The position numbers and the translations under genes are program-made. DNA of 64,000 nucleotides from Octopus vulgaris (taxonomy: Eukaryota). Below are positions 51,318-64,000 of this stretch, one piece after another. Position 1 is the first letter of the stretch, and every line of letters begins with the position of its first letter. The stretch is from assembly GCA_951406725.2 (NCBI GenBank), contig OX597822.1:75392001-75456000 (forward strand). Direction: 5' to 3'. Below the pieces are notes generated by a model that worked only from the letters and a program-made list of their open reading frames with translations, ran no database searches and had not been told where the DNA came from.

Positions 51318-52524
51318 TGTCGAAATATTGAAAAGAAAGACTTGTTTTCAAAACATACTGTCCTTCACAATAAATCTAGTTAAGATCTATGGTAGAAATC
51401 GAGTCAGAAGAACTTTAAAGTTTTTCAAGCATGAACAGTGAAAAGTTCTGAACCGATTCTTAAATTTTTAAATTCTGACTTCATCCTTAAAAACAGAATC
51501 AAAGATTGAAGACGTGGTTTTATAGTGATGGACACGTTATTTCAAAGATGCTATTTTAAAATCATTTACAAGGAAGAAAAGAAGAAAACTTGATATAAAA
51601 AAATAAAAATTATTCCAATAGGCCTGAAAATGTTGGGGGAAAATGAAAGATAGGGACACACACAGAATTCATTCTTTACTTCTAATGCCATTAAGCAGGA
51701 AGTCTTAACATTTCGGTTATTGTATTGATCTTAGGAAAACAAAGAGGACATAAAGTATAAAGTCGTTGTATTTGTTTGTGTGTGTTTGGTGTGTGTTGCG
51801 AGTGGGGCCGTGTTACTGTACGTGCATGTCTCAATGACTGTGAGTGCGTGCGTGTGTGCGTGTGTGTATTTTACCAATGTCTATGTGTCTTCTATTTGTT
51901 CCTGTCTCTTCTTTATCCTGACTTTGGCACAAAATATTCACTTCAGTGCCAAAAGCCTATTCAACAATATCGAGCCAAAGTCCACAAACTACTTAGAATT
52001 TATAACCCCCCCCTCTTTCAACTCTTCCATCTTTGTCTCTGGCCCTCTTCTTTCCCACTCTTTACCTGCCCCCCCTCGTTTTGCAACTTTCTATTGTCTT
52101 GTTCGCGTTTTCTCTTCTTTCACTTTCATTCACATTCTTTTTCTCATTATTCTTCACTCCTTCTCTCTTGCCCCTTTTAATTCTTCTCTCTTGTATTTTT
52201 CTCACCAATTTATTTTCTCTCCTTTTCTCGCATCCATATTTTCATACGAACACGCAAACACACACACACACACACACACACAAGCGTGCAAATACACACA
52301 GCTGCTCTCTGTCTCTTTCTCTCATTCTTCCTTTTCTGCTTTCCTTTCCTTTGGTCGTCCTCCTCTTCTTCTTCGTCTTTCTCTTCTTCTATCTAGTGCC
52401 CCATTATTCTCCGTTTTCTTCGCAGAAATATATTTCTCCCTCCAGTTCTGTCTCTTTCCTTACCTTTCTAGTTTTGGAATCATGCCATTGTTGTCATCGC
52501 TGATACCACTTTCAACCTCGACAC

Positions 52525-53040
52525 AACCACCAGCACCACCAGCACCACCACCATAACTCACTCCTACCACCGTTCGTACCATTACCTCAAAGATCATTAC
52601 AAATAACTGTATGAACCCCCACTGTGAACACAATTAGCATCAGAATAATTAGCACCACCACCACCACCACCACCACCACCACAAGCCGCGTCAATATCTA
52701 GATCACTATCATGCTCACCATTATTTTACTCCCCTACCACACTCTCTGATACCACTAATCTCACAACCACCACAACCACAACCACCACCATCATAATTAC
52801 TATTACCACCACAATCACCATCATCACCACTGCCAACACTGTCACCACCACCATCCATACATCACTGCAATCACCACCAGCACCATCGCCACCACCACTA
52901 CAAATACCACTACCCCCCACCACTACCACTACCACCACCACCATCACTACGACCATCACCATCACCATCCTCACCACAACCAAAGTACCACCACTACAAT
53001 CACTACCACCGCCACCATCACCCCCACCACCACCTCAAGC
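52525..53040. repeat. degenerate (CAC)n tract
   Basis: Read directly from the sequence. Confidence 0.9.
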
Positions 53041-53191
53041 ATCTTTAACACTTCGACGACTACAAAAGCCACTACATCGACGACGATCGATCGTCACTCA
53101 GTACATTGAGGGATTTCTTACACTTAACTTCTATTATCCAAAATGAGTTCGCACTTAGACTCAGACGTGTTGGTATTTCAATAAGTAAATA

Positions 53192-53408
53192 AGGTGGCGA
53201 GCTGGCAGAATCGCTAAGCACGCCGGATAAAACGCTTAGCGGCATTTCATTCGTCTTTAGGTTCTGAGTTCAAATCCCACCGAGGTCGACTTCGCCTTTT
53301 GTTTTTTCGGGGTCGATAAAATATGCGTCAGGTTGAGTACTGGGGTCGATGTAATCGACTTACCCGTTCCCCCAAAACTGCTGGCCTTATGCCAAAATTT
53401 CGAACCTA
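53192..53408 (+). mobile_element. family A SINE monomer
   Basis: GGTGGCGAGCTGGCAGAATCGCTAAGCACGCCGG...GAGTTCAAATCCCACCGAGGTCGAC...GCCAAAATTTCGAA. Confidence 0.9.
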
Positions 53409-53659
53409 TATTTTGATAAGTAGATTCCTGCCACATCTGTCGCGACATAATGGGAAGGTGAAGTAAGCAGACCTTGGTGAATTGCTAATTAACAATGACA
53501 TAGGGTGAGGTACTTTATTTGCAGATACTAGACACAACTAGATACAACACAAGAAATCTGCCACTGACTATTCGATGAACTGAGCAATGTAGAATTCGCA
53601 TTCTTACATAAATTCATGCACCCCACCACACAAACACAAAAAATGTAGGCGCAAAATAT

Positions 53660-54080
53660 CTTATTTCTTATTTCTTTACTGCCCACAAGAGGCTACACAT
53701 AGAGGGGACAGACAGGGACAGACAAACAGATTAAGTCGATTATATCGACCCCAGTGCATAACTGGTACTTATTTAATCGTCCCCAAAAGGATGAAAGGCA
53801 AAGTCGACCTCGGCGGAATTTGAACACAGAACGTAGCGGCAGATGAAATACCTATTTCTTTACTGCCCACAAGGGGCTACACACAGAGGGGACAAACAAA
53901 GACAAAAAAACGGATTAAGTCGAATATATATCGACCTCAGTGCGTAACTGGTACTTATTTAATCGACCCCGAAAGGATAAAAGCAAAGTTGACCTCGGTG
54001 GAATTTGAACACAGAACGTAGCGGCAGACGAAATACTGCTAAGCATTTCGCCCGGCATGCTAACGTTTCTGCCAGTTCGC
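53660..54080 (-). mobile_element. dimeric family A SINE
   Basis: Two tandem units, flanked by CGCAAAATAT (53650-53659) and CGCAAAGTAT (54078-54087). Confidence 0.88.
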
Positions 54081-54210
54081 AAAGTATGGCCCTCACACCG
54101 ACAATTTTCAGCATGTCAGTAAGTACATAACTGTGTTGAATTAATTTTCTGTGTCCATTAAAACTGGAAAGGATTCAAAACCTTTACTCTGAATAGGATT
54201 GTTGGATGTG

Positions 54211-55030
54211 TAGGATCTTACTGGGATGCACCCGTAGAAATCTCAAAGTTTAGTGAAAATTTTAAAATTTAGTGTATTTATGTAATTTTTCACGCTGAAT
54301 CTCGAGGAATATTTCCCTTTTTCCAGAAAATTAAAAAAAAAAGATACTTATAGAGGTTTAAAGATTGATCCTTTTAATCAGTCAAAAAACAGGACATGGA
54401 AACTGTCATTTTGTGCGTGAGTGCACGAGTTGTCAACATTCTGAAAATAGCATGTGTTTTAATATGGAACTGTAAATAAATCAAATTCTGCTTTACGAAT
54501 AACATATAAACCCCTCATAAATATTTTCATTGTGTGGAATTTTCAGAAGAGTTTTACGAATTTGTATTCTACACACGAGGATTCGTATGATTATGCTACC
54601 CACACCAAAATGTGCGTGATTTAAGACTTATTTAGCTGTTATTTTTAGCACATCTCACGACCAGGGTGCAAGTAACTGACAGGCACAAGCATAAGAATAG
54701 AACACAATTTCAGCGCATGTGGTTTCACGTAGAATATATTTATCAACACATGTGCTTTCTCGCAGAAAAAAGGCATCTCATGTTTGGTTTGTTACTATAG
54801 AAAAAGGCATACGATTGGCTAAAATTATAGAAAAAGGCTTACGATTGGCTAAAATTATCCAAAATTTGTAAACTTTAAAAGCTATTAACTCATTATTTAC
54901 TGATTTATGGCGAAAATGAATTTCATGTCTTTGATTAGCATACAGAACTACATCATTACACCAAATATGACATCAATTGGAACAGAAATTGAAGAAATTG
55001 AGAAGTGGCAGCCATACAGAAAAGATCCCA
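54211..55030. mobile_element. possible non-autonomous DNA transposon with degenerate TIRs
   Basis: Left end TAGGATCTTACTGGGATG versus the reverse complement of the right end TGGGATCTTTTCTGTATGG. AT-rich interior with a 30-bp tandem duplication at about 54796-54858. Confidence 0.4.
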
Positions 55031-56354
55031 TTACTGAATCATTTGTGTCTATGTAACAAAGTAAATGAACAATTATGAGTAAATAAGCAGAGTTTATCAA
55101 CCAATACGCTTCAGTGACGTAGAGGTTCGGCAAAAAGTGTTCGACTAAATAAGCACCAAATACTGTGCTCGATTTGCTCGACTAAACGCTTCAATGTGGT
55201 GCTTCAGCATGGCCGCAGTCTAATGAGTGAAACAAGTAAAAGAAAAAAAAATATAGTGGGAATAAGTGACAAGAAACAGATCAACCAAGAATAGAACCTG
55301 CAGACTTGGCTTAGTAAGTTCCTTCCACAGTTTACTCATATGTCTATACAGAGGTTCCTAATACCATTCGATCACTTTGCTGTAAGTATATTACTTTAAT
55401 AAATATGTCATCAAAACACTTATTTATAACCAACAAGACACGTATTTTCGGTTTCCCGAGGCATTGAGATGTTAAGAGAGAAATTTCGCTGGAGAAGAAA
55501 CGTGTTAATTTTCGATTAACGTGAATCAGACAGACAAGTGCCAATCCTATTTGATAGCTAGGTAATGGCGAGCGAAATAGAGTTGAATACAATGTTTTAC
55601 AATGTCGTCTAACAGTTATGGCTGAAAACGTATTTCTGAATTTCCGTAAACGACCAATCGCATCTGAAGTATAATATTCAGTTATTGTTAGCCATTAAAT
55701 ACATACGTACGTACATACATACACATACACACAAACATACATACGTACGTACGTACGCAAATACATACGTACGTACATACATACGTACATACATACATAC
55801 ATACATACATACATACACATACACACACATACGTACGTACGTACGTACGTACATACATACATACATACATACGTACAAACATACATACAAACATACATAC
55901 GTAGGTACAAACAATGCAGCCAATCATGATGCAACAGTGACTATTGGTGAATCCAGGATAGATGCATTAACACTTCGATTCCAATGCGAATCTTGAATTT
56001 GTATAGTCGCACTGAATGGTAGCCATCACGATCTAAAAACAACATCGTTGCTCTGAGCTCAATATTCTTTTTGGCCATTTGCTTCGGTTCTCTGCAAGTT
56101 CTTGTTAGGAATATCGAATGGTGATTCAAAATATGCCGTTGCATCTGGTACAAACACCTCTTGGATGAGAACATGCAGAGAAGTTTGATTTCGGTGACAG
56201 AAAGTTGGCAAACCTGTAATAAAGCGACTGGAACTGCTTATCATCGTCGACGAGAGGATTTAATTTAGTTGATAAGCTTTTCCATTGCTAATTTCGTTAT
56301 CTGCCGCTCTATTCTCTTCTTGACCAACGATCGAACACCACTCTGTCTTGTGTA

Positions 56355-56675
56355 TTTCTTTTATCTGTTACTTTTTTCAGTCATTGGACTGCGACCACAT
56401 TGGCGCAGTCGCCTTGAAGGGTTTTAGGCGAACGAATTGCTGCCAGTACCTTTTTTTTGTTTAAACATAGTCTGGTATTTATTCAATCGGCCTCTTTTAC
56501 CGAACCATTTTACTAAATGATAGGAACGTAAACAGACCAACATCGGTTGTCAAGGAGTGGTAGGGGTAGCAAACACAGTCTAAATTACACACACATACAC
56601 ACACGCACATACACACGTATATGCATGTATATATGTGTCGGCTTTCCACATAGTTTCCGCCTGCCAAATTCAACG
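56355..56675 (-). mobile_element. family C SINE, degraded
   Basis: CAGTCATTGGACTGCGACCA...ACATCGGTTGTCAAG...(CA)n...AGTTTCCGCCTGCCAAATTC. Confidence 0.78.
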
Positions 56676-56709
56676 TCATATCCACAGAAAAGGAAGTAAA
56701 TATTCGTCC

Positions 56710-57060
56710 CGTGATAGAATGGGTTATGCTTAATAACAGCCTCAGTGTCTTTTGGAAGCTATCGCTGCCTTAACATCCATGCTGCTGTGGAATCAGTACT
56801 GCCGTACGGTTCCACCACTCTACTGTTAGGACACTTGGCAAGAAGCGTGTAGGCTCTTATACGCGTACACCACGTGATGTTCTGAATATCTTCTGGAAAA
56901 AGAAAAAAAATATACGGCCTAAACAAAGACTATACAGCAGTTATAGCAAGTGCTGATCACCGTTGTACTTTTCTAATGTTGATATCCCGATGTGGATATA
57001 GACGTATCGGCCGGCTCGCCCCAAAATCTTTAACAACCAGATAAATATCCGGACGGACTA
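56710..57060 (+). pseudogene. RTE-clade LINE RT C-terminal relic
   Basis: IHAAVESVLPYGSTT..TLGKKRVGSYTRTPRDVLNIFWKK...PKQRLYS, compared with the consensus FRAAVESVLLYGSETW.....KKLDG.YTRMLR.VLNISW...P.K..LYG. Confidence 0.78.
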
Positions 57061-57497
57061 TTACACTGTTGATATTCCGAGCGCTAAATAAGATCGTGAG
57101 GAGTGGAGCAATTGAGTTTGGTGAAACCGTACGAGCTTGACCAACACTATTTAGGTATCAACTTGATTTTATTTTCTGCTATCATTGATGCAGATATAAT
57201 GGGAGAGAGAACTGATACGAAATTGGTACATTTTATCAAATCAAATGTTTGCAAAAATACGCATACACATTCAAACACATCCACATATAATACTCATACA
57301 TACATACATACATACATATATACATACATACATACATACATACATACATACATACATGTATGTGTTTATATACATGCATACATATATAAGTGCGTAGTAA
57401 ATGGAAGTACATGTATATGTGTACCTAAATTTTTACGTCAATGTGTGTGATTTTGTGTCTTTAAATATGTTCCACGTGTGTGTGTGTGTGTGTGAGG

Positions 57498-57530
<33 letters not shown>

Positions 57531-58461
57531 TGTGTGTGTGTTTGTGAGTGCATGAATGCGGAGAGAAAACGGGGCTTTAAAAGGTTCTCCTTCATACAAT
57601 CCAACGGACGAAAAATACGCATCGAAAAGATAATGTGAACTATTGTAAAAGCATCACTGATATAAAAAGTTAATCAGACGAACACTTGCAATAATCTTTT
57701 CTTAATTTGATTTTTCTATTTTCAAAGTCTGAGAGTCAATGGTTCCGGAATGTCTCTCCCTTTACAACGACTAATATAACTGCTTTAGAATTGATACAAA
57801 CGTGTAGACATTGATACAAACGTGTAGACACTTATAGATATTAGGAAATTTCCCAAGAATAACTTCTATATTCGAAATACATGGTTAAGTACCAGTTACC
57901 GTACTTAAGATGTTTAGCTGAAAATAAATTTAACATTTCATATTTGGTAGACTAAAGTTTCAAGAGTTCTTCCCCTTGTGCCTTCTGATATTACTTTTAT
58001 TTACGGTATAAACATTTCTTGTATAAATTGGCCTTTACGTTAATTGCAAATTGTTTTAGACTCACCACTTTACATATGGTAGCTTGCATTTCACTATAGA
58101 TAGAAACATGTGTGTGTATATTATTCCATTCTTTTATTTGTATCGGACGGTGGTAAGCAGCTAGAGTGGAGGTCCGTTTTCCTGTGAACAAATCTCCCTC
58201 ACAGTTTTAAGCCTAGTCCTTATTTTTCCGACATGCTAAGTTAAAAGGACGTAAGCAAACCAACATTGGCTTTCAAATCGTAAAGAAATGTGGGAGTGAA
58301 CAGAGACGCACACATGCACACCCGCAACCAGATTCCATACACTTTTCATCTACCAAATCCATTCACAAGCTATTGATCGGACTGAGATTATTGTAAAAGA
58401 TGCTTGCCCATCGCAGCAAGCTCTGGAATGAGCGTAAAACCACTTCTCAAACGAGCAACCA

Positions 58462-58521
<60 letters not shown>

Positions 58522-59172
58522 TATTCTGCAGTGATCTCTACTCCTTGAAACCAGATGGTCAGGTGATACCTCCATCTAAATCCACGCATCTCCGTCATCT
58601 CTCACATTTCCGTCATCTATATTCCTTCCTAGGACATCAACCCTCTAGGGTATATATCACTGATTATTTTCCTCCAGACCTTGTTTTACAGTTGTCCGTC
58701 ATGTTCATCAGCACTACAGTAGAATATTAGCACAGTGTTTTTTTCCCCAGAATTCATCCGTTGCACCTGAGTCGAAAACACTCCTTCGTTACATTTACCT
58801 TCGTAAATAAATATTATAATGAACCAGTGAATGCTTCATGAAAACAGAAAACGGAAAACACGATTATATATAGGCATTATTAGCGACGGAAAAAATATTA
58901 GTAACAAATGCATTATGTAAAACAGCATTTTATATAGATGTATTATATAACTGGAAGAGAATAAAACATGAGGTGAGCAAGGTTGGAGTACTATTGATCA
59001 AAATTCAACTAGATCAGTGCTCGACATTCCAAATAACAAATACTCTGCTCTCTGAAACAGTTCATATTTACGTCTCCATATTTATGTCTACTTCTCATGT
59101 GCAGTGTAAACACTTGTGTTCAATATGGCCGCCGCATACAGTTGGATTTCTCTGAAATTATACGACTTCTTC

Positions 59173-59188
59173 TCACTAGGTGGCGTCA
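59173..59188 (+). promoter_or_regulatory. CTCF-like motif (with a YY1-like motif at 59121-59133)
   Basis: TCACTAGGTGGCGTCA versus consensus CCACYAGRKGGCRS. CAATATGGCCGCC lies about 40 bp upstream. Motif match only. Confidence 0.4.
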
Positions 59189-59651
59189 AAATTCTATATT
59201 GTAATTTCATGTACAATTACTTTTAATCATCTTCTTTACCCGCTAAACTTACTAACCTTTTACAGCGAATATATTTGATTTCTGCGTTTTACAGCGAATA
59301 TATTTGATTTCTGCGTTTCTTTATGAACATATTTTTTTCGCCATTTTGAGGGTTTCATTTCTGTATATATTGTTTACATTTGGCTGGAACTTATTAGTAA
59401 TATATTTTCTATTTCTTCGCCTTTTATTATACGTGTATGAATATGTGTGTGTGTGCGTGTGTATATATGTATGTGTATATATATGTGCATATATATATGC
59501 ATATGTATAAATATATATATATATGTTACATATGTGCATACAAGCATACATATAAGTATATCATATATGTGTGCGTGCGCGTGTATGCGTGTGTGTATGT
59601 GCGTGTGTGTGTGTATATATATATATTTGCATATATACATATATTTATATA

Positions 59652-59682
<31 letters not shown>

Positions 59683-59753
59683 AACATATGTGCATACAAG
59701 CATACATATAACTATACCATATGTGTATGTGTGTGTGCGCTTGTGTGCGTGTG

Positions 59754-59796
<43 letters not shown>

Positions 59797-59974
59797 CAAA
59801 TGTGCATACAAGCATACATATAACTATATCAATAATCAATATGTATTTGCATACATACATACATACATACATACATACATACATACATACATACATACAT
59901 ACATACATACATACATACATACATACATACATACATACATGCATGCATGCATGCATGCATGTACTTATTGTTAT

Positions 59975-60297
59975 TTCTCTACTACGACGAGGAGGGTTCC
60001 AGTTGATCCGATCAACGGAACAGCCTGTTCGTGAAATTAACGTGCAAGTGGCTGAGCACTCCACAGACATGTGTACCCTTCACGTAGTTCTCGGGGAGAT
60101 TCAGCGTGACACAGAATGAGAAAAAGTTGTAATGAAAGAATACAGCAGAGTTTACCACCACCACCCCCTGCCGGAGCCTCGTGCTGCTTTAGGTGTTTTC
60201 GCTCAATAAACACTCACAACGCCCGGTCTGGGAATCGAAACAGCAACCCTGTGACCATGAGTCCGCTGCCCTAACTACTGTGCCATTGCGCCTCCAC
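59975..60297 (-). mobile_element. family B SINE
   Basis: ACGACGAGGAGGGTTCCAGTTGATCCGATCAACGG...GGGAATCGAAA...GAGTCCGCTGCCCTAACTACTGTGCCATTGCGCCTCCAC. Confidence 0.9.
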
Positions 60298-60411
60298 TAT
60301 TGTTTTACCTTATGTATAACTACATAAGTACCTACAACAGGTCTGCATGCATAATGAATATACAACACTTGCACATTTGTGTTCATACACGCACACAAAC
60401 ACACACACATA

Positions 60412-60473
<62 letters not shown>

Positions 60474-60508
60474 TAAAGATATATATTTATGTATGCACGC
60501 TTACACTC

Positions 60509-60568
<60 letters not shown>

Positions 60569-60577
60569 GTATATATT

Positions 60578-60782
60578 TGTTTATTCGTTTCAGTTATCTT
60601 GACAGCAGCCATGCTTGAACAGCACCTTTAGTCGAACAAATCGACTCCAGGACTTATTCTTTGTAAGCCTCGTACTTATTCTGTCGGGCTCTTTTTCCGA
60701 ATCGCTAAGTTACGCGGACATAAACACACCAGCATCGGTTGTCAAGCGATGGTAGGTGGACAAACACAGAAACACCCCCACA

Positions 60783-60865
<83 letters not shown>

Positions 60866-61027
60866 GACGAGCTTTCATTTTTCCGTCTACCAAATCAACT
60901 CACAATGCTTTGGTCAGCTCGAGGTTATAGTAGAAGACACTTGCCCAAGGTGCCACGCAGCGGGACTCAACCCGGAACCATGTGGTTGGAAAGCAAGCTA
61001 CTTACCACACAGCCACTTCTGCGCCTA
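60578..61027 (-). mobile_element. family C SINE with internal (AT)n
   Basis: Complete tail, (AT)n at 60786-60864, and complete head ending ACCACACAGCCACTTCTGCGCC. Confidence 0.92.
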
Positions 61028-61086
61028 TATATATGTATATATATAAAGATATATATATATATATATATGTGTATGTATGTATATAG

Positions 61087-61141
<55 letters not shown>

Positions 61142-62274
61142 TATATATATGTATACACCTATGTATGTATATTTTGTCAGTCCGCTGCTTGTTTGGGTTA
61201 TTGTTCTGCGTCAATATATCTAGAAATGTCTAACGAAAACGCAATGTTACGCGTCAATCTAACTTTGTAAGGAAAAGCTTTTGTGTAAATTGTTTCCCTC
61301 ATAAAAGCTGATTTTTTTTTTCTTTTTGACAAAATATCAGTCTACTAGACAGCACTATCGCCTACAATAGTTGATCCTAACCAATGACATATACATATAT
61401 ATTTTAATTTGCGAAAAACTACTCTTTTTCATAAGGCAATATGTCTGACTTCGGTATCGTTAGCAAAAAATAAACAAAGGCAGACATTGATTTGTCTTCT
61501 TTTTACATTTCATTTATTTTCTTTCTTCGTTTGCTCCTCTTTCCCCTTCTCCTCCTCTCTCTTTCAAATCATCATCATCATCATCATCATCATCTTTTGA
61601 CTCCAACAAATATCATTATTATTATCGCTGTTGTTGAAAGAAAAAGTACTGCTGTCGATCGCTTTGACTGAATTCTTCAAGGTGGTGTCCCAGCATGGAC
61701 GTAATCCACTGATTAAAACAAAAACAATCAAAAGAATAAAATAAAGAATAGTTGCTGTGTCAAGGATAATAATAAACGTATGCCCATGGGGCTATAAATA
61801 TACATACATATAATATTTGCAAACACATGCCGAAGGCTTTGTAAGTTAAAGAGAGAAAGCTACTATAGAAGAATCATAGTATAATAATAACTGTATAATA
61901 ACATATCATAATTATATTTTATTCTCCGATCTGAAGAGACAATTTATAAATACAAACGAATGATTGAAAAATGATGAACTAGCCCCAGGCAGAATCGAAG
62001 CCAGAAATCAACAAAGCAGTTTAAGTATATATTAACTAAATTTGGCTGAAATTGATGAGTGAGCGATTGGCCAACAGGATGCGCAAGAAGCCGTGCTAGT
62101 GTTGACTTATGGGTTCGATTCTGGCTGAGGTTAGCTCATAATGTTTTCAGTAATTAGTTTGTATTTATAAATTGTCGCTTCAAATCGGAGAATAAAATAT
62201 TATGTTTTTATACAGTTGTTTTATATATATATGTACACGCACACATACATATATGTATGTCTCTCTCTCTCTCT

Positions 62275-62321
<47 letters not shown>

Positions 62322-63353
62322 CGCACATAGCCTTGTAGACATAACTCAGAACCTTCAATTCGCTTTGGATCTTGAGTGAGTTAAATGCAATAGGTGCCTT
62401 GAGAATCCATATATGAACTTGATGACATTTTGTGTATTCAGTCAGCTATTTGTGCATGTATGCACAACTGGAGTACAAATTCGCTTTTACTTGAGTTTGT
62501 ACATATTTGTCCCAAAATACAGCTTGTGTTAGCAAAACACCTTCTGTTATTTATTTTGGCCCTTTACGTTCTGAGTTCAAATCTCCCTGAGTTCAGCTTT
62601 GCCTGTCATAACTTCGGGGATCGATAAAATTACAACTAATCATTGCATATTTTGTTGATTGGTTCAACATTACGGAGGCATCATTTTTTTTACATTTTTA
62701 TCCTAGCTGAGTCAGAAGAATATAAACTTTAAATAATACCATAGATTACGCTAGTTCAATTATTGATCAATAACTTAGATACAACGTTCCAAAATTTCTT
62801 TCATTCTTACAGAAACAACCCGAGCGTGTTTAAAGAGATATTGTTTCTATTCCAAAGCCAAAAAAGAAAGAGAAAATGATGTATTATAACTAGCTTCTCT
62901 TGTTTCTCTTTCGTTGCTTAACACATAACATTGTTCTAATGATAGACTAGTTTCCTGTAGCATAGAAACCGATTTACAAGCACGCCCCGACTTCCTGTAA
63001 CATATAAGGTGTTTCCGGTCAGGTGTCAGTCTTTTTGTAAACCGTCGACATACGCAAATGTCCAGATCGATAGGGCACCGGTCAAGCAGACAAAAGGTCA
63101 CCAATTCGTATCTTGTTAATTACGATACCATATTCCATCTGTGACTAAGACAAAACAGTTTTCAATGGACGAAGCCGATTAGCTCACAGTAGATATTAAA
63201 AGCATTTTTTGTGTGGCAAGCAAAGATCTGTGGTTCATATCTTCCGTTTGTAACGAGAGAATTAATTCAATCCTACTCAGTAACACCAATCGGACGTATA
63301 AGTGAGTATATGCATGTATGTATGGGTATATATATATAAGTATACATACATAC

Positions 63354-64000
<647 letters not shown>

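Noticed and set aside
51776-52556. 258-aa F/S/L-rich ORF
   Set aside because: It is polypyrimidine low-complexity DNA, open in several frames.
57791-57830. 20-bp tandem duplication (also similar ones at about 812-856, 29985-30032 and 43560-43598)
   Set aside because: Ordinary slippage duplications with no further structure.

Overview
AT-rich, very microsatellite-dense eukaryotic DNA with no supportable host protein-coding exon. The SINE families and repeat density resemble a coleoid cephalopod (Octopus-like) intergenic or intronic region; this is inferred from recalled repeat families. The window is dominated by three abundant tRNA-related SINE families: A carries a Meta-domain-like core, B is an OR/CORE-like modular family, and C carries an internal microsatellite. 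Many copies are nested or multimeric, several with target-site duplications (TSDs). It also holds relics of RTE, CR1-group and R4/Dong LINEs, a decayed Helitron Rep region (about 12.45-13.0 kb) that the ORF track misses, a probable non-autonomous Helitron with three internal B-box-bearing repeats (50.4-51.3 kb), and foldback and Tigger-like MITEs. The best candidates for follow-up are the minimal hammerhead-ribozyme motifs (43.7, 44.1 and 11.8 kb), a (TAA)n-targeting LINE with a possible non-autonomous partner (33.3-35.8 kb), a highly structured RTE-like 5' end (63.5 kb) and an unassigned coding-like relic (27.5-28.5 kb). Most listed ORFs are microsatellite artefacts. Element boundaries are approximate unless a TSD is given.
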